Translations under genes and position numbers: made by a program
In this document: one piece after another, positions 51,720 to 63,145 of the stretch
How the letters are laid out: each line of letters opens with the position of its first letter
Numbering within the stretch: the stretch's first letter is position 1
Notes under the pieces: generated by a model
What the model was told of the DNA's origin: nothing
The model's database searches: none
The model's input: the letters and a program-made list of their open reading frames with translations, nothing else
From: Rhina ancylostomus
Taxonomy: Eukaryota
DNA length: 64,000 nt
Assembly: GCA_030265395.1 (NCBI GenBank)
Contig: JARFYF010000060.1
Coordinates: forward strand, 15,292,141-15,356,140
Direction: 5' to 3'

Positions 51720-53870
51720 TGGTCTCTCCAGGGCCCTATATATTTGTAGTAAGCTTTACTCTAGAACCTAAATCATTTTGCAATAAAGGCCAATGTATCA
51801 TTTGCCTTTTTAAATGCTTGCAATACCTGCTTATTAACTTTCTGTGATTCATGTAATCAGGTCGCTTTTAACAATACCTTTCATCTATCCCCATGTAAAA
51901 ATAGTCCATTTTTCTATTTTTTCTAACTCCCATTATTACCACGTTAGATTCTATCTGCTATGTTCTTGCCTATTCACATCTTATCAATCTGAATGAAATC
52001 TCTGTGAATCCTCCACATAACCCAATACACAAAGCAGCTGGAGGAACTCAGCCGGTCAGGGAGCATCTATGGAGGGAAATGGACAGTTGATGTTTTGGAT
52101 CGAGACCCTTCATCTGGACTGGAAAGAGGGGAGGTAGTATAAAAAGGTGGGGGAAGGGGCAGAGAAAGAGTTGGCAGGCAGTAGGTGGATCCAGGTGGGA
52201 GGGGTGAGGAGAGTAGGAATGATGCAAGAAGCTGGGAGGTGATATGTGGAAGTGATAAAGGGCTGAAAAAGATGAAATCTGAGAGGTGAAGATGGTGGAA
52301 CATGGAATAAAGGGAAGGAGGCAGGGAGGGGAACCAGTGGGAGGAATGTGCGAATGATGTGCAGATGGGGAGGGTGGAGGAGGGGAAAGAGATAGGGTGA
52401 TGGGAGCCAGTTGGATTAGGAGGCAAAACAAGGGGAAAAGGGACAGAGGGGAGTGATTACCAGAAGTTAGAGAATTCGATGTTCATGCCATCAGGTTGGA
52501 GACTACCCTGGCAGAATATAAGGCCCTGTTCCTCTAATTTGAGTTTAGCCTCGACCTGGCAGTGGAAGAGGCCAAGGACAGGCAGGTCATTGTGGGAATG
52601 GGAAGAAGAATTAAAATGGCCGGCCACTGGGAGAACCTGGCTGGCACAGCAGACAGAGCTTTCCAGTCCGAGAGATTTCCAGCATCTGCAGTCTCTCGTG
52701 TCTCCACATAACCCATCTGGCACCCAGATTATAATCATTGAACTTTGAGATATCCCCCTTGGTCCCCTCATCTAAATCAGTGACGGCCCACCACAGATCT
52801 TTGCAGTACCCTACAGTAACAGCTTCCTCATCAGAAATTGAACCATTTATTTACATCCTGTTTTCTGTCTTAACTAATCTTGGATCCGTGCCAGTATATT
52901 ACCCTCAATTCCCATATTTCTAATTTTGGTTAATAACCAATTATGTGGCACTTTTTCAGAGACCTTCTGAAAGTCCAAATACACCACTGGTTCCCCCTTA
53001 ACTTTCCGCAAATTACAACCTCAAAAAACGTACAGATTTTTCAAACATTGTTCTCCTTTCACAACTCTATGCTGACTCTACCCAATCCTATTACTATTTT
53101 TCTAAGTTCCTTAATTATAGCATTTTCTGTCTGATGACCTCAGACTAACTGGTCCACAGTTCCCCATTTTCTCTCAACCTCCTTTCTTAAATTTGCCACT
53201 TTTTAATCTGTGGGAACCACTCTAGAACCTATGAAAATTTGGAAGATGACACTGACTGCATCCAGAACCTCCTCACCACCTCTTTCCAAACTCCGGGATG
53301 CAGATCCTCAGCTCCTGGGAATTTATAGTCTTTCAGTCCCATTCATTTTTCCAATGCTACTTTCATAATAATGCTAATTTCCTTCAGCTTCTCATTGACT
53401 TTGGACTTGTTCTCCCTGGAAGCTTTCTGTGTCCTTCTCAGTGAAGACAGACAGATATGTGTAATTTCTCTACTTCTGCGATATTTCCCAACATAATTTC
53501 TCCTCTTGCATCTGCAAGGGACTATCTGGTATTCCCAGATTACTATCCTCTTCTACATTCCATTTTATTATCAAAGTAATAGTCCTTTTTTTATTTGATT
53601 CTGAAATGTTCCCAATTCTCAGGTTTTCTTCAGGTTTTGGCAATATTTTAAACTTTCTCCTTTGATCTAATACTTTCTTCAGCTCGTTAGCCACAGCTGG
53701 GCCACTTTTCCTTTTGTGTTTCTCATTCCTACAGGGAAGTATATTGTTGTGTTAATTAGTTGAATGTTAGTGTTGTTTCCAATCATATATTTAAATGTAG
53801 TTTCCCAATCTACCATAGTCAGCTCACATCTTATGCCTTTGTAGTTTGTTTATATTTAAGACCCAGTAAA
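51720..53870 (-). mobile_element. Decayed CR1 ORF2, interrupted by a PLE insertion
   Basis: accttctgaaagtccaaatacacc = VYLDFQKV; cagactaactggtccacagttccc = GNCGPVSL; MANELK. Confidence 0.75.
52025..52701 (-). mobile_element. PLE insertion: ORF C-terminus plus pLTR, short inverted terminus, 14-bp TSD
   Basis: PVAGHFNSSSHSHNDL.VLGL..C..EAKLKLEEQGLIF..GSLQPDGMNIEFSNF; ctccacataaccca at 52011-52024 and 52702-52715. Confidence 0.9.
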
Positions 53871-53899
53871 CAGATGCTGTAAAAAATAGTGACCATAAC

Positions 53900-55865
53900 T
53901 CATTATGTTTTAAGATAGTTAAGAGTAAGGATAAAATTGGATCTTGCGGAAAGATACTAAATTGGGGGGAGGGCAAATTATTACAGGATAAGACAGGAGT
54001 TAAGGGGTGTTGATTGGGAGCAGCTGCTGTCAGACAAGTTCATGTCTGACAAGTGGGAGTTATTTAAAGACCAGCTGATCAAAGTTCAGGACAAGGATGG
54101 TAAGGTAAGGGAACCTTGGACGGGTAAGGAGAGGGTAAGTCCACTCAAGGATAAACAAAGGAGTTTGTGCTTGGAATCAGAGCGTGTGGCTGAGGTACTA
54201 AATGAGTACTTTGTGTCAGTATTCACCACGGAGAAGGATTTGGAAGATAGTGAAGGCAGAATGCGGCGCGCTAGTGTGCTGGGACATTTTGAGCTTAAGG
54301 AGGAGGTAGTGCTGGGTCTTCTGAAAAGGTGGATGTCCTCAGGGCCTAATGGCGTATATGCCAGAATACTGAAAGAAGCAAGTGAAGAGATTGCTGGGGC
54401 TTTGACAAAGATCCTTGTGTCCTCATTAGCAACAGGCAAGTCCCCAGAGGACTGGAAGGGAAATAGGGGTAATCCAGGTAACTACTGGGCAGTGAGCCTC
54501 ATGTTAGTGTTAGGGAAGCTATTAGAGAGGATACTGAGAGTTAGGATTTATGTATATTTGGAAAGGTATAGCCTGCTTAGGGACAGTCAGCATGGGTTTG
54601 TGTGGGTTAGGTCATGCCTCACGAATGTGATTGAGTTTTTTGATGAGGTGACAAAGGTGCTTGATGAGGGTAAGACAGTGGACATTATCTACATGGACTT
54701 TAGTAAGGCATTTGATAAGGTCCCTCATGGGAGGTTGATCCAGAAGATAAAGATGCATGGGATCCAGGGTGAACTGCAAGTTTGGATTCAGAACTTGTCC
54801 ATAGAAGAGTGAGTAGGAGTGGAAAGCTGTAATTCTGGCTGGAGGTCCGTTACCAGTGATGTTCTGCAAGGGTCGGTGCTGGGGCCTCTGTTGTTTGTGA
54901 TATATATCAATGATTTGGATGAAAACATAGATGGGTGAATGAGCAAGTTTTCAGATGACACCGAGATTGATGAAGTTATGAACAGTGTAAAGGACTATCA
55001 AGGAATACAATGGGCTTTGGATCAATTGCAGATATGGGTGGAAAAGTGGCAGATGGTGTTTAATCCAGGCAGGAGTGAGGTGTTGCACTTTGGGAGGTCA
55101 AATGAAAGGAGAAAGTATACATTTAATGGTAGGCCTCTTAGTAGCACTGATATACAGAAAGATCTTGGGGTTCAGGTCCATAGTTCACTGCAAGTGGCTA
55201 TGCAAGTGGATAAGGTGGTAAAGAAGTCATATGGCATGTTTGCCTTCATTGGTAGGGGTGTTGATCATAAGAGTAAGGAGGTCATGCTGCAGTTATATAA
55301 AACTTTAGTCAGGCTACACTTGTGTATTGTGTGCAGTTCTGGTTGCCCCATTATAGGAAGGATGTGGAGATTGTGGAAAAGGTACAGAAGAGGTTTACCA
55401 GGATGCTGTCTGGATTAGAGAGGATGAGCTATAAGGACAGGTTGGACAAACTTGGGTTATTCTCCTTAGAGTATCGGAGGCTAAGGGGAGACCAGAAAGA
55501 GGTCTTTAGAATTATGAGAGGCATTGATAGGGTAGACTGTCAGAATCTGTTTCTCAGGGTAGAAATATCAAACACCAGAGGACATGCTTTTAAGGTTAGA
55601 GGGGGGAAGTTTAAAGGTGATGTGAGGGACAAGTTTTTTTCACACAGAGAGTGGTAAATGCCTGGAATAGGTTGCTGGGGTAGTAGTGGGAGCAGGCAGT
55701 TTGGTAGAGTTTAAGAGGCTTTTAGATAGACACATAAATATGAAGAGAATGGAGAGATATAGATAATACACAGGAAGAGGGTATTTAGTATGAATTAGCA
55801 TCAAGACTGGCTCAACATCATGGCCTGAATGGCCAGTCCACTGCTGTGCTGTTCTACGTTCTAAC
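53900..55865 (+). mobile_element. CR1 LINE ORF2 remnant (longest in the window), with stops, frameshifts and deletions
   Basis: ORF 54042-54812 contains GNYWAVSL, SQHGF and DIIYMDFSKAFDKVPH; the catalytic motif has decayed to FSDD; C-terminal TRGHAFK and tail are present. Confidence 0.95.
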
Positions 55866-55889
55866 ACAATAGTAACCAGAAAGAACCTT

Positions 55890-56312
55890 TAGAGATTGGA
55901 CAAACTTGGGTTATTTTCTCTGGAGCAGCAGAGGTTGAGAGAGACCTGATAGAAGTTTATGAGATTATGAGGGGCATCAATTGAGTAGACAGCCAGTACC
56001 TTTTTTCCCAGGGTTGAACTTCTAATACTAGAGTGTATGCATGTAAGGTGAGAGGGGTAAATTCAGAAGAGATGTGTGGGGCAAGTTTTTTTTAAACAGA
56101 GGGTGCCTAGAATGTGCTACCAGTGGTGGTAGTGGAGGCAAATAATATTGAGGCATTTAAGAATCTCTTAGATAGGCACATGCCTGTGCAGAGAACAAAG
56201 GCAGAAGGGATTAGTTTAGTCGGGCATTTTATTACTAATGTAGTTGGTTCGGCACAACATTGTGGACTAAAGAGCCTGTTCCTATGCTATACCATTCTAT
56301 GTTCTATGTTCT
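55890..56312 (+). mobile_element. Second CR1 3' fragment in tandem
   Basis: Repeats the GLFSLE to tail section, ending (ttctatg)n. Confidence 0.88.
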
Positions 56313-56422
56313 AGCTATACTTACCCATAGAGGTAACAGAAACTTGCCGATCTCCATCACAAACAGATGGATGAGTATGTAAAAGAATATGGGAAAAGTA
56401 AAATTATCTTTTATAATCATCG

Positions 56423-56864
56423 TGACATAAGAGATTGCAAATGCTGGAATCTGGAGAAACAAATAAGAGGCTGGAGGAACTCAGCAGGTCAGGCAGCATC
56501 TGTGGAGGGAAATTGGCAGTCAACATTTCAGGTTGAGAGCCTGAAAGATAGAGGGGAGAGAGCCAGTATAAAGAGGTGAGGGGAAGGGTGGAGCAGGAGC
56601 TGACAGGCAATAAGTGGATCCAGGTGAGGAGGGGTGATAGGTAGATGGAGAAGGGAAGAGCAGAAACAGCAACACGCTTCTATTTGCCCCTTACCCCTTC
56701 TCACCTGGATCTTGCTCCACCCTTCCCCTCATCTCCTTATACCGGCTATTTCCCCTTTATCTTTCAGTCCCAATGAAGGATCTCAACCCAAAATATCAAA
56801 TATTCATTTTCGTCCACAGATACAGTCTGACCCATTGAGTTCCTCAGCTTCTTGTTGTTGCTCC
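56423..56864. mobile_element. Palindromic pLTR element with a probable TSD
   Basis: Left arm ggaactcagcaggtcaggcagcatctgtggaggg...tggatccaggtgagg is mirrored by ctcacctggatc...ccacagatacagtctgacccattgagttcc; flanks tttataatcatcg (56410) and tttataattattg (56865). Confidence 0.85.
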
Positions 56865-57683
56865 TTTATAATTATTGCTGGTTGTTCAATTCAATGCTTA
56901 TTTCACTATTTTCTTTCCAGTATGAAATGGATGTATAGTATAGTAATATACTATATATTAATATTTTTCATTGTTTTATTTCACTTGACAGAAGCAAAAT
57001 GTACTTAACAATATTAGATCAGGGAAATCATTGGGCATGACACCAATAAAATGTTCTAACTGAGGCAGAGCACATTTTATTCATAGATATAAAAAGTCTT
57101 ACAACATAAACATAACCAATGTCATTGTATAGTAAATCTAAAAAAGGTAGCTTGTACATAAAAGGATCTCAATGGATTAAGCCTGTAATAAATGCAGCAT
57201 AAATCTGTGTGACTGCATTAACCCGGATTGTAATTTTTCTAGTGAATGTAGAAGAATCTCATTACAAAAATGGATGGATTGTAGAGTCTTTGGAGACAAA
57301 TGAAAAATATTAACTATCACAAACCCATTGATTGAGTAATACCTCCTACAAACCTATTAATTTTCTATCCATCTGGTCTACTTGAGATACAACACTAAGT
57401 TTAACAAATCACAAAATTAGTCCTATTAAAATAAGATCATTAAATGTTATAATAAAATCTTTAATGCATGAATCCATGAGTAATTATATTCAGCTCATTA
57501 ACAAGGGATTATGGGAAAGACACAGATAATCAGAGATTATCGAACATTATCTGATTGACTTTTCTCAAATATGTCACTAAGAGATGTTGACACGGAATGT
57601 AAACAAATACTTGCAGATTAAAGCTGTTACTCACATTCACAATGTATGAAAACTCCAGCTAATTGAAGTATAAATTCACACAT

Positions 57684-57904
57684 TGAAATGCAAAAAAATT
57701 ATACATACTGGAAATTTGAAATAATACAGTTCCTCGAACCTCTCAGCAGGTCAGGCAGCATTTCTGGTAAGAGAAACAGAATTAACGTTTCAGGTCAAAG
57801 ACCTTTCATCAGAACTTCATCTTCAACCTAAAACATTAAATCAGTTTCTCTTCACATAGATGCTATCTGACCTGCTGAATATTCTCAGCATTTTCTGTTC
57901 TTAT
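57684..57904. mobile_element. Palindromic pLTR element with a 15-bp TSD
   Basis: Arms at about 57721-57801 and 57820-57904; tataaattcacacat (57669-57683) versus tataaattcactcat (57905-57919). Confidence 0.85.
57780..57816 (-). ncRNA. Minimal type I hammerhead ribozyme motif (PLE-associated)
   Basis: Minus strand AGUU-CUGAUGA-A-AGGUC-UUU-GACCU-GAAA-CG-UU-AAUU: both core boxes intact, 5-bp stem II, 4-bp stem I, palindromic ACGU in place of stem III. Confidence 0.65.
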
Positions 57905-59601
57905 TATAAATTCACTCATATTTTTAACAAGCCTGCCAAGCAACAGTGTGATAAGATTTTGAACAGTTCATTGAAAAGGCTACTACCAAAAAAATGCAAC
58001 TTATGGTGCAGATTACAATGCATAACTTCAAATTTCCTAAATTGTAATGTAGTGATAATTTTTCTTAAAAGTTTAAAGCAATTTAGGAAATAACAAACAA
58101 CCTCTAGTTCTATTGCATTACTTATGTGCAGGAAGACATCTCAAGAGGAAACTCATTCATGAAGCACCAAGTTTGTTAAAAGGCCATGACTAGGTAAGGT
58201 TGAAGAGGAGTGATTTGAGATTGTTTTTGATCGAAAACGAGGTAACAGGGAAGATGAAAGTGGGAAGAGGCGTCTGAGATTAGACGTATATTAGCTGGGA
58301 GAGCAGCGTTAATATTGGTGTGGAGGAGGGGATTGAAACAAGAGATCACTGGGATGGGAAAAAGCTATAGAAGGAATTGAAAACAATAACGAGAATTTTG
58401 AAGACAATAGACTGGACTAAAATGAACCAATGAAGCCTGGAAAGAACAGGGGTGTTGGGTGTGTGGAAAGCCCTGAAAGCCTAATATGTAGATTATGGAC
58501 CTTCTAGGATACCGAAGGAGGAGAAAAGCATTGACCTGGAATTTGTGCTGGTAATGATGGCACCTTCAATGTTCAATACATTAATCCGTGAAACTGACAT
58601 TTGCATCTGGCATCTGCACCTTTACAGTTAACAGAGAAATCAATAAACTCTTGTCAGTAATACTTGCATGTCTGGAGAATGCACAATTTGACATGAACTT
58701 TGACTTTTTCCAAACTATTCACATTGTGAAATCCTTTGATATTATTAATGCTTGTTTAATGAGGAGTAATAGAAATTTTAGTCAAGTACTTAAGCACTTA
58801 CTGCTGAACAACCTCAGTGGCTCTGAAACGCTGCTTTTATATGTGTGGATAATCTTTCCCCCAGATAGTCTTTAATATTTCTATAATAATATACACATAA
58901 AATAATGATAACTTTTAAACAAATCTTCAAGCTACTACTTTCATGTTATAAATAACTCCAAAGTACTCAGCACATACTCAGAATTATAAGACTAATTCCT
59001 GTTGACAGGCACATCACAGTCAAAGGTTGGAAAAGCAGAATCAGCAGATTTTGAAAGCTTTCAGATTTCCACAAAACACCATGTTTTGTCAAGATAATAC
59101 CGGCATTAGACGCAGAGTTATCTGATTAGTAGAATATTCACGGGAAGCAGAAGGGCACCAAAGAAAAAAAAAAGTGCTTTTATTTTTGTTGAAGTTCACT
59201 TTGAAGCATTCCAGAGGTCTACTTGGACTTTGCCCAATAACACAGGGCTCCCTCAACCCAAGTTCTGTGAGGTGCTCTAGAAGCAACATCACTTGCTGTT
59301 GGATGGGTCCTCAACTTATTCGGTTTCTCTTTCCAGAGATGATGCTTGACCAGCGAAGTTCTTCCAACATTCCTGTTTTGGATCACATGTTCAGACCTGA
59401 TACGAGTTTGGTATCAACAGTGCCAAGCTATCTTTAAATATTGAAATAGCATGTAAGTTCCCTATCTGAAATAGGTATTAACATATGCTGGTTGAGATTT
59501 GAAAATGATGTATTTCCAACATCATTCCTAATCTATGCCACAAATCCCTAATATGGAATAACCAAATACTAACACTAGGTACATAAGTGTTAGAAAAGGT
59601 T

Positions 59602-60478
59602 TGAAATTCCCAGTATAAACACCACACATTGGTGAACACAGGTCACTGTGGAAAAGCCAACATTCAAATGAAAGAGCAGCAAATAAACAAGCTGATTGTA
59701 AAACAAAAAGTTGCTGGTCACTGGGCATTTCAAATCTTCATGTTGTTTTCTTTTGTTATTATTTCCTTGCCACATAAAGTACCAGAAAATAACAGATGCT
59801 GTTCTGGGAAATCCCCAGCACAGGAAACTAGTGACGCTATTCTGAAAGTGAAAGTATGCTTTATTTTGGCAGCATTACAGAGTGTCTTTTTTTTTATTTC
59901 CATTGTTAATAATTTGACAGCAGATGAACATTTAATATCTGATATTCAATGAGCAAATAAAATTTTCCAAAAAAATTCAAATTAGCTTTTAGTTTACATG
60001 TACAAACTTGTAAAGATACCACAGCATTTAATGATAACACACCCAGACAAGATTACAACAGGAACACTGGAAGAATAAACAACAGTTTCTTTTATATTGC
60101 TTGTTAGAGTGCTCAAGGTCCAGCTATTGATTATCTATTTAAATCAGTAGGTTGCAAGTAACATTGGCAATGTGTTTCATCCTGGGGACATTCCTAGACT
60201 CCATTCCAGTACATTGTTGAGTGTGAGACTGTACCAGGGTTTGAAAACAGGTTAGATGTTCTGATAGGAAAGCCCCAGGGCAAGTGGAAAGGAAGTTTTT
60301 TGTTTCAAAAATAAAAGAACATTCACTTTAGTGGTAATGGGAAACTGGAGAAATATTCATCGTCACTGAGACTTGACAACAAAACTGCAAAGTTTATCTG
60401 CGACAGCAGATTAATCGTCAGGGAGAGAAGTTTTACTACCGCAAAATCCTGTACGTAAGAAAATGTTTGGGAAATTCC
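59602..60478. promoter_or_regulatory. Cluster of NF-kB (GGGRNWYYCC) sites, candidate enhancer
   Basis: GGGAAATCCC 59806, GGGACATTCC 60185, GGGGCTTTCC (minus) 60267-60276, GGGAAATTCC 60469; 9/10 match GGGAATTTCA (minus) 59602-59611. Confidence 0.5.
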
Positions 60479-60829
60479 ACCTGTTTCATTAACCTTCATT
60501 CAAGTGTTAAACCAACAGGCTCCGTCAGCCTAAGCTGTTTTTATGTTTGCATATCACATAATAGACACTGAAATAGAAAGAAATGTACAATAATAGACTT
60601 TTGTAGGAGACTGTTTATTATTGTAACAATAAATGATATGGAAACAAATCTTTGGATGCAATTGAACAAGCACTTTTGGAGCATTTTTTAATCTTTGCAA
60701 TTTCAACAAGAAGCATCATGCAGCAGAACTAAAACATAAAATGTCAACTCTGGCTTGTTTTCTCCGCAGATGTTGCCTGACTCTGCTGAGTAATTACTGT
60801 TTAACTTCAGGTTGCGTTTTTGCTCTGGA

Positions 60830-60985
60830 AAAATACCACCTGGATTCCCCAACCAACAATACCACTGGAGCTGCATCATCAGACCGAGTCCAGTGGTTGA
60901 AGAAGGCAGCTCACCACCTTTTTCTCAAAGTCAAAGAGGGATGAATGACCTATGCCAACTTTGCAGCAACATCACCAATGAGGGC
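60830..60985 (+). mobile_element. 3' end of the second LINE family
   Basis: gaagaaggcagctcaccacctttttctcaaag tail motif. Confidence 0.6.
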
Positions 60986-61334
60986 AGCATTGTGCCTCAC
61001 ATCTCCAGCAACCCAGGTTTGATCCTGACCTCTCATCTCCCTACGTGGAGATCGCATGTTATCTGGGCACTCTTGTTCCTTCCCTCGTAGGGTCACTGAG
61101 CTAAATAGCCTCCTTTCTGTGTTGTAAGGAGTAATCATGCAAGGTTAAGCTATCACAAATCAGTGGCAACACCAGCCAGCTGGACCAGTCTAGTCCTGGG
61201 CAAGCTGCAATGCTATCCCATGGGGTTACAAAGAAAGTCACCCTCCTTGCTTCCACCTCATTCAGCATCATCTTCACTTTATCAATGATGAACCAGACTG
61301 TGTGAATCTTTTAGCACACTATTACTTCTTGCAC

Positions 61335-61496
61335 TCACGGTAGTGTAGTGGCTCAGCATGGTGGGCCGAAGGGTCTGTATTGGGCTGTATTGTTCTATGG
61401 TAGCAGCTAGCATAACACTTTACAGCGCCAGTGACCCAGGTTCATTTCTGGCCACTGTCTGTAAGGAGTTTGTATGTTCTCCCCATGTCTGTGTGG
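61335..61496 (+). mobile_element. V-SINE 5' part carrying a short CR1-tail insert; cut by a gap
   Basis: cacggtagtgtagtgg head; insert tgggccgaagggtctgtattgggctgtattgttctatg; resumes tagcataacactttacagcgccag...gagtttgtatgttctcccc. Confidence 0.75.
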
Positions 61497-61596
61497 NNNN
61501 NNNNNNNNNNNNNNNNNNNNNNNNNNNNNNNNNNNNNNNNNNNNNNNNNNNNNNNNNNNNNNNNNNNNNNNNNNNNNNNNNNNNNNNNNNNNNNNN

Positions 61597-61743
61597 CGTG
61601 TAAGCAATGGGGGGCAGCCTGGCATCGTGTAAGCAATGGGGAGGGGGCAGCCTGGCATCATGTGGGCGATGGGGAGGGGGGCAGCTTGGCATGTGGGCAA
61701 TGGGGAGGGGGCAGTTTGGCATCGTGGGCAATGGGGAGGGGGG
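61597..61743. repeat. G-rich minisatellite (unit about 30-33 bp) next to a gap
   Basis: About 5 copies of cgtgtrrgcaatggggagggggcagcytggcat. Confidence 0.9.
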
Positions 61744-62254
61744 TATCTGGGAGCAGTTACCTGCCCATCTCCATCAGTATCTGAAGGACTCGTGATGCGT
61801 AATAAATTTTGAGCATGTTAGTAATATGCATCTCCCAGAAGTAACTGAAGAGGAAAGCTGTGGTTTTCCAATTAATCTCGCCCAGTAGAAGCAGTAGAAG
61901 TTATGGAAACATCTATAACGCCCTTCCAGGTTGTAGGTCACCATGGCTTGGACATTTAGCACCATTTATTTATCAATATTGACCTGGAATCTTTTAATGC
62001 TTTACCTTGCACCAATAGGAAATATCATTACCACCAGCGATTCCAGGAGCATCATCACCTTCTCAAGGTAACTCAGAAGCGTGATATCCCTCTATTGCTC
62101 ATGTTGCCTCATCTCAAGAACAAAACTGATTTGCTTTTTTTAAAAAAAATATCACTTTTAGTAGGTCAAGCTTCTGGTTAATTTATTCAACCAATAAAAT
62201 GAGATGAGCCAGTCAAATAATTCCAATAAATACTTGAGTAGCATTTATTAGCAT

Positions 62255-63145
62255 AATATTGATTAGCAAGTTTACAGATGACACCAAGAATGGAGGAGTT
62301 GTGGACAGTGTAAAGGACTATCCAAGAATACAGTGGGATATAGATCAGTTACAAGATATGGGCAGAGAAGTGGCAGATGGAGTTTAATCTGTGCAAGTGT
62401 GAGGTGTGCACTTTGGGAGGTCAAATGAAAGGAGAAAGTGTACAGTTAATGGTCGGCCCCTTAATAGAACTGAGGTATAGAGGGATTTTGGGGCCCAGGT
62501 CCATAGTTCACTGAAAGTGGCTATGCAAGTGGATAAGGTGGCAAAAAAGGTGTATGGCATGCTTGCCTTCATTGGTAGTGGTGTTGGGTATAAGAGTAGG
62601 GATGTCATGCTGCAACTACATAAAACTCTAGTCAGACTGCAAAGAGGATGTAGAGACTGTGGAGAGGGTGCATTAGAGGTTTACCAGGATGCTGCCTGGA
62701 TTAGAGGGTATGAGCTACAAGGGAAGCTTGGATAAACTTGGGTTGTTCTCCCTAGAGCACTGGAGGCTGAGGTGAGACCTGATCAAGGTTTTTAAAATTA
62801 TGAGAGGCAGAGATAGCTTGGACAGTCAGAATCATTTCCCCAGGTAGAAATGTCAAACACAAAAAGACAAGATTATAAGATTAGAGATGGGAAGTTTAAA
62901 GGCGATGTGAGGGGCAAGCTTTTATGCAGAGAGTGGTAGCTGCTTGAAATGGGTTAACAGAGGTAGTAGTGGAAGCAGGCAGTTTGGTGAAATTTAAGAG
63001 GCTTTTAGATGGACACATGAATATGAAGAGAATGCAGGGATATGGATGAGACACAGGAAGAGGACATTTAGTATAAATTGGCATCAAGATCAGCACAACA
63101 TCGTGGGCTGAATGACCTGTCCAGTGCTGTACTGTTCTATGTTTT
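62255..63145 (+). mobile_element. CR1 RT and 3' fragment, same subfamily as 54940-55865
   Basis: FTDDTK, MQVDKVAKKVYGMLAFI..GVGYKSRDVMLQLHKTLVR; 3' tail closely resembles that of the 55.7-55.9 kb copy. Confidence 0.93.

Noticed and set aside
54042-54812. 256-aa ORF as a host gene or active RT
   Set aside because: It is a CR1 ORF2 fragment with internal deletions, downstream stops and a decayed catalytic motif (FSDD).
58132-59452. Plus-strand exons 58132-58193 and 59337-59452 with plausible splice sites
   Set aside because: Both overlap decayed repeats (L2-like and pLTR-like) and lack a recognisable product; motif matches alone are insufficient.
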